Shown here: in pieces, positions 25,574 through 37,706 of the stretch
How positions within the stretch are numbered: the first letter of the stretch is position 1
Layout of the letters: each line of letters starts with the position of its first letter
Assembly: GCF_011386835.1 (NCBI RefSeq)
Contig: NC_088792.1
Span: 282,906,001 to 282,970,000 of the forward strand
Source of the DNA: Chrysemys picta bellii
Taxonomy: Eukaryota
Direction of reading: 5' to 3'
DNA length: 64,000 nucleotides
Translations under genes and position numbers: made by a program
The notes under the pieces: generated by a model
The model's database searches: none
Seen by the model: only the letters and a program-made list of their open reading frames with translations
What the model was told of the DNA's origin: nothing

Positions 25574-25735
25574 GAATCATAGAATCTCAGGGTTGGAAGG
25601 GACCTCAGGAGGTCATCTAGTCCAACCCCGTGCTCAAAGCAGGACCAACACCAACTAAATCATCCCAGCCAGGGCTTTGTCAAGCCTGACCTTAAAAACC
25701 TCTAAGGAAGGAGATTCCACCACCTCCCTAGGTAA
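25574..25735 (-). mobile_element. Young CR1 3' end
   Basis: Reverse complement nearly identical to 7380-7540 ([26 protein letters not shown], tail attctatgattc). Confidence 0.95.
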
Positions 25736-25736
25736 A

Positions 25737-25779
25737 GGAGAAGCTGGAGATTGAACCCAGGGCATCATACATGCAAAGC
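25737..25779 (-). pseudogene. tRNA-Ala(TGC)-like 3' half
   Basis: The reverse strand gctttgcatgtatgatgccctgggttcaatctccagcttctcc resembles the anticodon arm to acceptor end of vertebrate tRNA-Ala(TGC) as I recall it, with CpG decay. The 5' half is not recognisable. Confidence 0.6.
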
Positions 25780-25814
25780 TGAGAGCTGCACACCCCCATC
25801 CCCCAGCCTGCTCG

Positions 25815-25960
25815 TTTTGTCTTATCCACCTATCTTGTCTGTCAGACTGCAAGTTCTTTGGGGCAGGGACAGTCGATTACTATATGCTTGTACAGCACCT
25901 AGCACATTGGGGACCCGACCTTGTAGGCATTACTACAACATTTATTATTATTATTTAACA
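25815..25960 (+). mobile_element. L2-tail SINE/L2 3' end
   Basis: agactgcaagttctttggggcagggac..ttgtacagcacctagcacattgggg..ttattattat. Related copies lie near 4.45, 11.42, 19.42, 30.95, 39.15, 58.69 and 60.12 kb. Confidence 0.65.
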
Positions 25961-26306
25961 TCGATATATACAAAGCCCCAGCCGTTCTGCAAGAGGATGC
26001 AGTAAGAACCCAGCTGAACATTTGCTCCAAACTGGAACTAAGCCGTCTCCAAAGTTGAAGTCATCTGGGGAATTCATTTATTCTGATTTATCTATTACAT
26101 CCATCAGTTTGCTTCTGATCAGGATGACAAGCAGGGCCCGGGAGGATGCCTTAGTAACTGGCCGCTTGTGGTCCCTCGGCACCTGCCCAAATTAGTTCAG
26201 GGGTGACTTAGGTTTGCGTCCCAGTCTGGGATTAATAACTATTCATCTCCACCCTGACTGTCTTCTTCTGAGCTTGTACCTTATCGTCCCTTTCCATCAA
26301 GTGCGG

Positions 26307-26672
26307 GGGCCTGATTCTCTGTACCCTGCTCTAACAGCCTGAATGGACCTTAACGTGTGTGGAAATGGTCCCCTAAGAATATCCACTGGGCAGGGAGTAA
26401 AGCTGCTGCAAAATCCGTATGCCAGTCCTGCTCCCAGCAACCCTGCAGCTACTGCCTTATGGCTATTCTCTGCTTCCCAGGCTCCATGGGGGACTATAAG
26501 AAACAGAGTGTAATTTAAAGTAGTCCTGAGGCTGCTTTAATTTACACCAGGAGCTGGGCAAGCCCTTACATAGCCCCAGAAAAAAGGAGCACTAAAATGG
26601 CCTCGCCTCTCTTGCCCTCTTCCTCCATCTTTGCCCCAAATGCAGGAAAAGTTATAGCTGAGAATCAGGCCC
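26307..26672. mobile_element. MITE with GGGCC-type TIRs (Harbinger-like)
   Basis: Perfect 13-bp TIR gggcctgattctc / gagaatcaggccc, with flanks cgg/agg (imperfect 3-bp TSD). Confidence 0.75.
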
Positions 26673-27910
26673 AGGTTTTTTTCCCACCTCCCTCCTGGTT
26701 TTAAGGACTAAAACAGTTAGTAAAATAAATAAATACATTCCTTTAGGAACGGGGTTTGTTTTCCTCTGGGATTTGCTTTCCATTTCCAGATTAGTGTAAG
26801 GACAGAATGTGGATTTTGTACTCTCCTCCCCTAACAACATAGGCATCTAGAAATCACAAGGCATTCCTAGCGTTGTCCCATCATTTCATCCGATCATCCA
26901 TCTTAACTATCAGGCATAGACAAAATTTGAGACTGCAAAGATCTCTCTTATTATAAATGTATAAATCACACAGCAGGTCCAGTCCTCTGTCATGCTCATT
27001 TGGTACTTTGTCTCTTTAATGAGACCTCCAGCAATGATGCTGCTTAGTGCTTATAACATTCTGTCTTCCTGCCGGGGAAACTGTATGATTTGCAAGACAA
27101 ATCGCAGAACTGTACCCAATATGGGCTCTCAAGATGTTTCCTGGGTTAATCATTATTTTTTTAAAGTTAATCTGTTGCACATTTCTGCTTATTGGAACCT
27201 TGAAGTAATTCGTTTCCCATTACTCATTATTACTTTTTTCTAAAAGATAGACGTCACCAAATTATTTCTGCATTAAGCATCTTGGATGCTGCAATAAAGG
27301 AAAACTTTAAAAAAGTAAATCCTGCACTGGAACCAGTTACTTTAATCTCCCTGGCTATTACTAGCTTGTGTTGAAATGCTCTGCCATGAACTCTGTCTTC
27401 AAGTATTATTATTACTAGTCCCAACATGCGTTGGAGACCAATTAGTACCAAAAATTCTGATGTCTACATGGTAGTATAAAGGGAAGTATTAGCAGAGGAA
27501 GGATTGTAGAAACTGATTTTTCCCCTTCTGCTCTGGTGTGAAATCCAAGACCAAGTCTGGTTCAAACGTCTTATAGGAAAAATATGAGTTTCATCAAAAG
27601 CAGATAGAACCCCCTTCTGCAAATCACACTCTTCTGACAGTCATTGGTCCTACAGAATATTTATCCCAATTCCTGTTTCAAGAATGGCTGATAACTTTCT
27701 TATTGCAACATATTGAAAAGCAGCCAAAATCTTGAGATCTGTACTCAGGCAACACTGCCATGAAAATCACTGGGGGTTGGCTGAACAAGGGCTGAGGAAA
27801 ACCAAATAAGGACTTTGGAGCCTGATTTAGGCAACAATTTGCCCCTCGCTCTGCCCTACTGCAAGGATCCACACAGCTCAAGGTGTGCACAATTCTATCC
27901 TATATCCATC

Positions 27911-28721
27911 TGTGACAGGGTCAGTAGCTCACCGCTGCGGTGCCTCCTCCTGGTCGTCTCGGGGAATTAGTTTTAGCCAGAAGAGCGTCCTCTTTGGGTG
28001 GCGTCCCGCCTGTCGTCTCGCCTTCGTTGGGTGCGCAGGTTCGCGCTGCTCTCCACGTACGGCGTCCGCTTCCGGAGCACTGCCCTCCAACAGTGTTCCC
28101 TGGTCCATTCACACCCCCTTCCGGGGGGGTGGTTAAACAACAGCCCCACCCCTCGAGTCCGATCCTCAGAGTCCAGGACCCGGTGTGGTTCTGACCGGCC
28201 GCTCCCTGCGGCCCGTGGCTGTGCGTGGGACAGCACAGCAAACAAAGGGGGGAAAAGGGGGGGGGGGGACTCAGGCCCGCCCACTACTCTGAGTTCCGGT
28301 CCAGAGGCCCTCGGGTGACAGTCTCACTGTCTTCCTTCTCCTTCCTCCTCTGACTATCCCTCTGGACCGCTTCCCCAACAGCCCTTCGCTATGCTAGGCC
28401 TCCTCCTCCCAGACCTGCCGCCTAGCAGGCTATGGAGTAGGGCCTTCTCCCACTCTCTCAGGCAGGCCTGCACTGCGCTGTCCGTGGTGCTGGCCTCCTA
28501 GCTCTGGAGACAGACCTTCCCCTCTGAAGGCCTGGGACAGACTGACTGCTCCTGCTCTGGGCAGTCTTTTATATGGCTAAGGCGGGCCCTGATTGGCCGG
28601 CCCCAATCTGCCTTCTGATTGGCCCTCTGTAAGCCCTTCCCTGATTGGTTGGGCGGCTGCGCAGGCGCCTAGGCCTGCTGCAGCCCACCCTCTCTGAGTG
28701 TGGGGTAATCGCCCCACCACA
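27911..28721 (-). mobile_element. Solo LTR (811 bp)
   Basis: TG..CA termini and perfect 5-bp TSD ccatc (27906-27910 / 28722-28726). CCAAT boxes and TATA (ctttttatatgg) lie on the minus strand. It is homologous to 46725-47550. Confidence 0.92.
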
Positions 28722-29046
28722 CCATCCAAAACAGAGAAGAGAAATGATCTTGCATTTGGAATCCAATTTAGCTTCTGTGACTCTACATTTGACGGTGAGA
28801 GGAGGTTACTCAATAACCCGCTTTAGCTGATTTCATCAGATGACAGAAGCCATCATAGACAGAGGATTTTCTTGAGTGGCATTTTTCAGATGGCTAATCT
28901 TTGGCAAACTGTCAGGTGACAGCTGTACGGAGCCCTCCCCAGGTATGTATGACACTTCAGCAAACCATACCGAGCCGATTACTCTGCAAAAATCTGTCCT
29001 GTAGTGCAATCTCCGATTGACTAGACTGATGTGTATTAATTGCAAT

Positions 29047-29265
29047 CAGGGCCGGCTCCAGCATTTCTGCCCCAAGCAAAAAAAAAAAAAAAAAGCCGCG
29101 ATCGCGTTCGGCGGCGGCAATTGGAAAAAAAAAAAAGCCACGATCATCGGTGGCAGTTCAGCGGCAGGTCCTTCGCTCCTAGAGGGAGTGAGGGACCTGC
29201 CGCCCCCGAATTGCCACAGGTGCCGCCCCTCTCCCTTGTTAAGCTGGTGCCTGGAGCCAGCCCTG
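29047..29265. mobile_element. hAT MITE
   Basis: TIR cagggccggctccag / ctggagccagccctg and perfect 8-bp TSD attgcaat. Confidence 0.95.
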
Positions 29266-29399
29266 ATTGCAATACCACAAATATTAAATTAGCAATGGAA
29301 TCTTTTTCATTAGCACTCTCTCTCTCTCTTTCTCAAATTTGTTTGAATTATGCAGTTGAGAGGAATTTTTAGCCCAAGAAGCTTGTTAACTAAAATATA

Positions 29400-29583
29400 C
29401 ACCTCTATCTCGATAGAACGTTGTCCTCGGGAGCCAAAAACTCTTACCGTGTTATAGGTGAAACCACTTTATATCGAACTTGCTTTGATCCGCCGGAGTG
29501 CGCAGTCCCCCCCGGAGCAATGCTTTATGGCGTTATATCAGAATTTGTGTTATATCGGGTCGCGTTATATCGGGGTAGAGGTG
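29400..29583. mobile_element. Tc1/mariner (Tigger-like) MITE
   Basis: TIR cacctctatctcgata / tatcggggtagaggtg flanked by TA on both sides. Confidence 0.9.
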
Positions 29584-30034
29584 TACTTCTTCTTTCCCTT
29601 GATTTCATCTGCCAAGAGCCTCGAGCAAGAGGGCAAGGAAGGATAGCTAAGAGGATAATAATTAGAGCATTTTGAGATTGTTTTTCTTTAAAATCACTTA
29701 TATGGTATCTAAACTGCTTTCAGTGCTGCTTACAATTCTTTTTGAAGTGGAAATGGCAGGGTTCCTTGATGTCTAATCTGTCATGTACATGAAGACACAC
29801 AGCGCTTCTCATTGGTGGATAGTTCCCTGCCTGGTTCCCTGATGTTAATGAGAGGGAGGGAGCTTTGCTGGAAGCATTGTTTAGGAGAGACTTCTTCTAG
29901 GTCATTGTCTTCTTCTGGGTCTAGTTCTTGCTTTGGTGACACATCAGTTCCAAAGTGGTGCACAGAGCAAGATAGGTGGATAAGATAAACAAGCACGCTT
30001 GCGGGCGGGGGGGGCGTGTTGTGGTGGCCAGAGG

Positions 30035-30304
30035 TATAACTGAAGAAAAGAATTGGATAAATTCATGGAGGATAGATCTATCAATGGCTATTAGCCAAGA
30101 TGTTCATGGCACAATTCCATGCTCGGGGCAATGCTAAACCTCTGACTACCAGAAGTCAGAAGTGAAAGACGGGGTGGATTGCTCCATAATTGCCCTGTTC
30201 TGTGCACTGCCCCTGAAGGTCTGGTACAGGCCACTGTTGGAGACAGGATACAGGGCAAGATGGACTATGGTCTGGCCCAGTGTGGCAACTCTCATGTTCT
30301 TATT
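30035..30304 (+). mobile_element. CR1 3' end/UTR (different subfamily)
   Basis: ttggataaattcatggagg..ggccactgttggagacaggatacagggc..tggcccagtgtggcaactctcatgttcttat. A related piece lies at 56410-56576. Confidence 0.75.
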
Positions 30305-30704
30305 GTTTTCCGAAGCGCAGGCCAGAGTTATGACTTCTCAAGACGTTTCAGAAAGCAATACACAGAGTTATACCCCAGGGCTATCATATCTAATAGGTCA
30401 GTAGGTGTTCCTATTTCCCAGTCGGCTTCAGAGAAAGAGTACACACTTACCAACCTGTTAGATGGGGAATGTGGCTTGGATGGATGAAGCTACATTTATA
30501 GCATGAAAACTTTCATTGTAGCACTAAGAAAACCATATGAGTCAGAAAGATCACTGGAGGGAGTGTTTAGCTGTTAATGTAACTAGAATGTTCCTTGTCT
30601 GCAAGTTCAGGGTGCAGCTCCTTGGCTTTGCACATTGGAGTAGTTTACAAAACGTCCTTTGGGCTAAACCCAGACCTCACTGCGCTTGGGTGCCACCTAT
30701 AGGA

Positions 30705-30915
30705 GGGGGGAAGTTGAGTCTTGGGGTTAAGTACTGGATGCAGACTCCAGAGAGCATTGTTCACTTCCCACTTCTGCCACATGGTTCCTGTGTGACGTTG
30801 GGTAAGTCACTACACGTCACATCCTGGCTCCATTGAAGTCAATGGGAACTTTGCCGTTGATTTCAAGGGGGCCAGGATTTCATCTTTCAGTGTCTCAGTT
30901 CCCTGACTGGGGACG
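30705..30915 (+). mobile_element. MIR/CORE SINE with a palindromic mini-MITE in the core
   Basis: gtgtgacgttgggtaagtcact [catcctggctccattgaagtcaatgg..ttgatttcaagggggccaggattt] ..tctcagtt. Confidence 0.65.
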
Positions 30916-32556
30916 ACAATACTTCCTTCTTCTCTTCCTTTGTCTGGCTTGTCTCTTAGCCTGTAAGCTCTATCGGAGTAGGGCTATCTCTCACCATGTG
31001 TTTGACAGTGCCCGGAAAAATGGGGGCCATAATCTACATAATAAGAGGGCATAAGGAGCCTGTACCTTCACGCAAGTCAAATGAAGAGGCTGATGCGCTA
31101 GCCTCAGCAAAGCATGGTCTGTAGGCTCATGTGAACATGCATAGCCCTTGCCTTCCAGCTCTACAGACAGGTACTGGTACGATATATAGTGTGCGCATTT
31201 ACTTGCAGACTGAAATTGGCTGGAATCATTGCTCTAACTCCTCTGCATAAATGGGAGGCTATAGGAAAACAACTTGCATTATGGATTGTCCACGATGCAA
31301 GGCACAGTCTTTGCGTTTTGGTAAAGGTCACCGCTGGTGTTTGTTGTGGAGCTGGAAGCATGGTGCACTGTGACTTTTCCATGCAAAGAGCAAATGGATG
31401 TTGTTTCATCTCTGCGAAACAGACAGGCATGTAAGTATCTGCTACCTGAGCCAGGCCAAAACTAGATCCACCAGGAACACAATCCCCACTCCCTAGAACA
31501 AGTCATCCTGCAATGGAAGCATGGGACGAAACTAAAACGCTAGCGCATGCGGACGGAATTGATGGGCTCATTCCAGTTCGTAGTGGGCAGACGTCAGCAT
31601 CACAAAACTCACCATTGCAATTGGCACTCCCGTTGCGTTTCCCTGGATTGAATGAGTAATACTAAAGTGTCTTCTCTGCAGCAGAAGTGGGCTCTCCAGA
31701 GGAAGGTTAAGGGACACTGATGCATAGCGGTATACAACTTACAGCCTTATGTCTTCAAAGCTCTGTACTAAGGCAGCTGCTTCATCCTCACAACACCCGT
31801 GGGAAGGTAACGTCACCATTTTACACATGAAGAAAATGCAAGGCTTTAGGGCCGCGTTTTCAAAAGTGGCCTTTAATTTGAGGTGCCAAGGTCAGCCAAG
31901 AAGTCACTGGCAGAGGCAGGATTAGAATTCAGGAGCTCCCAGATCCCAGTTCACTAGATTGCATTGCCACTCTCAGTGCTTGCAGCCATCATCCCTTTTA
32001 TTCATGCATAAAAGGAGAATTTTAGTCTTCAGGGTTCTCCTCTTCCAGCCCTAGACCCTCCCCATGTAAAACTCCCCCACTTCTGCACTTTCATAGCAGG
32101 AAGTCACCGACGTGGGTTGAGCACATTGCGATACGTTATTTATGTTGCAGTCACAAGTGTCACATGTTGAGACAGTTGCACGTTGAAGACACAGCTGCAC
32201 TGTAACAAACCCGCATTTCACACAGGGCTGATTTCTGGGGTAGGGAAGCAGGGTGAAGACAGCAGTGCAAAAAAATTGCCTTGGCGTTTTAAAATTAGAC
32301 AATGGTGGGTGGGTGACATAAAATTCCATCTTACTTTGGAGATGTAGGAAACTAGGATTTCATGCTACATAGCGTCTCTCGTTTCTTCATAGCAGTTTGT
32401 AATCGGATGGCCAAGCCGAACACCAGGTCTGAAATAGCTACTTAGCTGGGAATTCTGTTGTTTACTCTCGGGGTGGAATTTTGGAACAATTCAGAAAAGA
32501 TGTTGTTGGGATTTTGTGGTTCCCAATGAGTTAGATGCAAGGCAGAATCAAGGGTC

Positions 32557-32591
32557 TTCGATTCAATTCGATTCGATTCAATTCGATTCAA
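32557..32591. repeat. (TTCGA/TTCAA)n pentanucleotide repeat
   Basis: ttcgattcaattcgattcgattcaattcgattcaa. Confidence 0.9.
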
Positions 32592-32616
32592 CAAGGCTTT
32601 CTTCAATGTGCACAAA

Positions 32617-32868
32617 GGGTACGTCTACACTTACCTCCGGGTCCGGCGGCAGGCAATTGATGTTCTGGGATCGATCCTGGAAGTGCTCACCGTCGACGCC
32701 GGTACTCCAGCTCGGCGAGAGGAGTACGTGGCATCGACGGGGGAGCCTGCCTGCCGCGTCTGGACCCGCGGTAAGTTCGGACTAAGGTACTTCGAATTCA
32801 GCTACGTTATTAACGTAGCTGAATTTGCGTACCTTAGTCCGAAGTGGGGGGTTAGTGTGGACCAGGCC
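32617..32868. mobile_element. Young CpG-rich Harbinger MITE
   Basis: TIR gggtacgtctacact / agtgtggaccaggcc with aaa/aaa flanks. It has a long internal hairpin ttcggactaaggtac..gtaccttagtccgaa. Confidence 0.85.
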
Positions 32869-33219
32869 AAAGAGAGAGCTCCTGGTACAAAAATCAGGCA
32901 GAGTCCCCCAGCAAGGAGCCCCTCCCATGCTATTTTATAGCCCATGGCAGTTACATAACAAGTTACATAACACAAACCTTTCACCAATCATATTTAACCT
33001 TTTATACATGGATTTGTTCATCACATGCCCATACTTCTCCACTCCACATGCTGAGCTCGCCCCCCCCCCCCTTGGCCTTCTCTAGAATGTTCCTAGGGTG
33101 CTGAGCCACAGCATGCTTCTTTATGCATAAGTACCTTGTAAATCACATTTTATTTAAAATGAACACAAGCATACCCTTCAATGTACATCTAGGAACTGAG
33201 ACTGCAGGCCACACTTACG

Positions 33220-34220
33220 GGATGGCAGACTTTATCCCGGAAAGCAGTGACTGGAAAAATGTCTCAGGGGGTCATCATGAATAACCAGTCGAACATGAGC
33301 TCCCAGAACAGTGTTTTGGCTAAATGGCTAACATGATCCCAGAATGTATACACAGGGAATGTTGAGCAATAATAGAGAGGTTATATTACTTCTGTCTATG
33401 GTGCTGGCGAGCCCATTACTGGAATGCTGGGTCCAGATCTGGTGTTCACACTTCCAAACGATTGCACAAAGTCTGGAAAGGGTTCATTAAAGAGCCACGC
33501 ACATGAGACAAGGTCTGGAAAACCTGCCTTACGGTGAAAGACTCAAGGAGCAGAATCTGTTATTTACCAAAGAGAAGGATAAGAGATCATGTGATCGTGG
33601 GCTGAAAGAGCTTGTCCACATGGCCCCACAGTGCAGACTATATAGGAGTGTGAGTTTCTGTGCACATTGAAGTGTCATGCGGTAACTGCCCCGTGTAGAC
33701 CCTGCTAGTGTGAACTAAAAGGTGCCTAGTTTGGATTAACATAGATTATGTTAACACAAACTAGGGACCACTAACCGGATCTCTATGGGAGCAATAACAG
33801 CACGACACTTTAGGGCATGCTACAGATCACAGCCCTGTAGCCCAGACTGTGGGGCTGTGTAGAGGAGCCCTAAGTACCTATGTGAAAAGTTATTCAAAAG
33901 TTGACCCTTTAATTTAAGAGACTGAGGCATATCAAGGTTTAATGGCTGGAAGATGAAGCTAGACAAATTCGGAATAAGGTGAAGATTTTTAACAGTGATG
34001 GTAATCAACCATTGGAACAATTTACCAAGGGATGTGATAGGTTCTCCATTACTCTGGAGTCTTTAAATCAAGACTGGGTGCCTTTTGAAAAGAGAGACTA
34101 TAATTCAACCACAAGTCATTGGGTTGGTGTAGGAACACTGGGTGAAATTCTCCAGCCTGTCTGATGCAGGAAGTCAGACTAGACGATCATAACAATCTCT
34201 TCTGGCCTTTAATCTATGAA
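33220..34220 (+). mobile_element. Old CR1 3' portion interrupted by a Harbinger MITE
   Basis: Degenerate RT C-terminus (ctggaaagggttca..ggtctggaaaacctgccttacggtgaaagactcaaggag) and 3' end gtcagactagacgatcat..tctatgaat. Confidence 0.8.
33608..33870. mobile_element. Harbinger MITE (degraded)
   Basis: Ends gagcttgtccacat / gtgtagaggagccc followed by taa. It splits a CR1 coding stretch. Confidence 0.6.
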
Positions 34221-35161
34221 TAAAGCTTTTAGGAATGCTGACTTGTACGGCTCGATTCTGCCCTGATTACACCGGTGTAACTCCAGCTGAGGTCAAGAGA
34301 AGCAGCGTGTGCATATCTGAGGGTAGAACTGGGCAATATGTATATTAATTCTACACTCTCAGTCCTCTGGAACACGCATAGAGCATGCGTTAGGTGACCT
34401 GGATGTGGACAGTCATGCCTAGTGGTTGGAACAGGAGTCGGTAGCCAGGAGTTGGAGCCCAGGGTCAGAGCCAGAGCCAGAGGCCAGGAATCGGAGCCCA
34501 GGGTGAGAAACAGGTTAGCTGGAGTGGGGCAAGGCGCAGGGCAGGGCTGGGAACAAGTAGGTGCAGAAGCTATCGCCGCCATGGGCAAATGCTTTGAGCA
34601 GTCGCTGAACTGTTACTGCTGCTTCTGGGCTTAAGACTCTTCGCACCAATCCGGAAGTGTAGCAATCAGGCAGAGCTTGGTAGGTTGTCCAGAGACAGAC
34701 TCTGCTGCAGGCCATGAATCCTGACACCGTGAAAGGAAATTCCCAGCTTGAACAAACGGTGTTGGAACTTTTCCTTACATGATCCTCTCTTAAAAAGATC
34801 AAATGAGATCAACTTGCCCCTCCACCTTCCACCCCCTCAGAATATCATCAACGCTGAATATAAATTTGCATGTGCTTACATATTGCTAATGAGCCTGCAT
34901 AGTAATTTGACCTATCATAAATTAACGTTGTATCTCAAAGACCATGGAGAATTGAACCCCGAAGCGTCCATCACAATCCTTTCTATTTTCAGCAGGCAGA
35001 CCCCATCGTTTTTTCTGAATTTTTTAAATCTACTTTCTGGCCTCTGACCTAAGACAAAAAGATCAGTTTTGGAGGTGAATGCAATGTAACAACCAATTGC
35101 CAGCTAACGGTGACGCTCCTCGTTTCAGAAATCAGAATGAGTTAGAAAGAATGAATGATTA

Positions 35162-37706
35162 CACTGGTCTACAATTTTTGAGAAGGCGTCTGCTTCAGAG
35201 ATAAAATGTGCTATTTATTATGTATTTTGATGTGCTGAATTCAAATATGACAATTAAAACAACCGATTGGCTACTGTTTCTAAGATATTTAAGTTTTTAC
35301 ATTTTATGTCTATGTATATTGTGTAGATAGTAGAGTTTTAATCATAAATTGTAAACCTAGGTCTTTTCATGTGTTTATGGTTGCTTTACATGATACTATT
35401 TCACCTGTCCTGTTCATGTAACACTTTAAAAATCAGCAGAAGGGTTATATAAATAAAATTTATTATGAAACAAAAGGCAAAAAACTTTTATGTACATAGT
35501 TTAGTCCTATTCAGTGTCTACTCGGCACTTCTTGGCTTGTCTCTTGTATTCATTAAATGGAGCATCTCTTGTCACTGTCCAGCAATAGTCTGCAAGCATT
35601 GATGGGCTCCATTTGCCCTGATAGCATTTCTCCATTGTTGCAATGTCCTGGTGAAATCGCTCGCCGTGCTCGTTGCTCACTGCTCCGCAGTTCGGTGGAA
35701 AAAAATCTAGATGAGAGTGCAAAAAATGTATCTTTAGTGACATGTTGCAACCAAGGCTTTTGTATGCCTTGAGGAGGTTTTCCACCAACAACCTGTAGTT
35801 GTCTGCCTTGTTGTTTCTGAGAAAATTTATTGCCACTAACTGGAAGGCTTTCCATGCCGTCTTTTCCTTGCCACGCAGTGCACGGTCAAATGCATCATCT
35901 CAAAGAAGTTCACGAATCTGAGGACCAACAAAGACACCTTCCTTTATCTTAGCTTCACTTAACCTTGGAAATTTTCCACGGAGGTAATTGAAAGCTGCTT
36001 GTGTTTTGTCAATGGCCTTGACAAAGTTCTTCATCAGACCCAGCTTGATGTGGAAGGGTGGTAACAAAATCTTCCTTGATTCAATAAGTGGTGGATGCTG
36101 AACACTTTTCCTCCCAGGCTCCAATGACTGTCGGAGTGGCCAATCTTTCTTGATGTAGTGGGAATCTCTTGCACGACTATCCCATTTGCAGAGAAAACAG
36201 CAGAACTTTGTGTATCCAGTCTGCAGACCAAGCAAGAGAGCAACAACCTTCAAATCGCCACAAAGCTGCCACTGATGTTGGTCATAGTTTATGCACCTCA
36301 AAAGCTGTTTCATGTTGTCATAGGTTTCCTTCATATGGACTGCATGACCAACTGGAATTGATGGCAAAACATTGCCATTATGCAGTAAAACAGCTTTAAG
36401 ACTCGTCTTCAATAAATCAATGAACAGTCTCCACTCATCTGGATTGTGAACGATGTTGAGGGCGGCCATCACACCATTGATGTTGTTGCAGGCTACAAGA
36501 TCACCTTCCATGAAGAAGAATGGGACAAGATCCTTTTGACGGTCACAGAACATGGAAACCCTAACATCACCTGCCAGGAGATTCCACTGCTGTAGTCTGG
36601 AGCCCAATAGCTCTGCCTTACTCTTGGGTAGTTCCAAATCCCTGACAAGGTCATTCAGTTCACCTTGTGTTATGAGATGTGGTTCAGAGGAGGAGGATGG
36701 GAGAAAATGTGGGTCCTGTGACATTGATGGTTCAGGACCAGAAGTTTCATCCTCTTCCTCTTCCTCGTCTGACTCAAGTCAGAATGATTCTGGTGCATCA
36801 AGAACCAGCAGTCCTTCTCCGTGGGGTACTGGGCGTATAGCTGATGGAATGTTTGGATAATGCACAGTCCACTTTTGCTTCTTTGACACACCTTTCCCAA
36901 CTGGAGGCACCATGCAGAAGTAACAATTGCTGGTATGATCTGTTGGCTCTCTTCAAATCATTGGCACTGCAAAAGGCATAGATTTCCTTTTCCTGTTCAA
37001 CCACTGGTGAAGATTTGTTGCACAAGTGTTGCAGCATATGTGTGGGGCCCACCTCTTGTCCTGATCTCCAATTTTGCAGCCAAAATAAAGGTGATAGGCT
37101 TTCTTAACCATAGTGGTTATACTGCACTTTTGTGATGCAAAAGTCACTTCACCACAAACAGAAGTTATTTGCACTGTTCACACAAGTACGAGGCATCTCT
37201 GCTCACTTTGGCTAAACAGAAATGTGTCCCTTTGCAAAATCAAACACTGACAAATAAGAGAGCATGACACTGCATGATTTCTAGAGCTGATATAGGGCAA
37301 TTTGTTCAGCAGAGTGATGTAAGCTTTGTTATGATTGCATCATCCATGACTTCTAGGAATAACCTGATGCAATTCATATCATGTATGACGCAATACCAGC
37401 TTCAGATTGCATCATTCATTGTTTTGCCTAAAAAGCAAGTACTGTCCAAACCCAGTCATAGATTTATTCAGAGATCCAGTCAAAGATGTATTTTAGTCAT
37501 TTCTGGTTTAAATTGAGATCCCTTCCCTTTATAACTCACTTATCCTCCGCCATTCCCAAGTCAAGGGTCGTATATACTGACCCAATAGCATATCTTGAAA
37601 ACTAGAGCCAATCAACAATTTTAAGCATCATTTTCGTTCTCAGTGACCCAAAATTAGTAAAGTTTGACTACATTTATTTCAGAAGCATTTTGGCTGTAGA
37701 GCAGTG
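35162..37706 (-). mobile_element. Chapaev3 (CMC/CACTA superfamily) DNA transposon, near full length
   Basis: Termini CACTG(G/C)TCTACA / TGTAGAGCAGTG and 3-bp TSD tta/tta (35159-35161 / 37707-37709). It carries a transposase with Chapaev3-type motifs. Confidence 0.88.
35507..37196 (-). pseudogene. Chapaev3 transposase (~560 codons) with one frameshift and three in-frame stops
   Basis: ATG at 37196 (MPRTCVNSANNFC) with a frameshift near 37157. Motifs include CGE..KKAYHLYFGCKIGDQDKRWAPHICC.TC, H..NCYFC, WRLFID..LKAVLLHNGN, CGDLKV, CCFLC.WDSR, HIKLGLMKNFVKA, SLKIHFLHSHLDFFP.NCGAVS.EHGERFHQDI and MLADYCW. Stops lie at 36953, ~36785 and 35900. Confidence 0.9.

Noticed and set aside
34400-34726. 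gagccag-rich segment resembling a short LTR on the minus strand
   Set aside because: The CA end and CCAAT-like motifs are present, but there is no TSD or clear other end.
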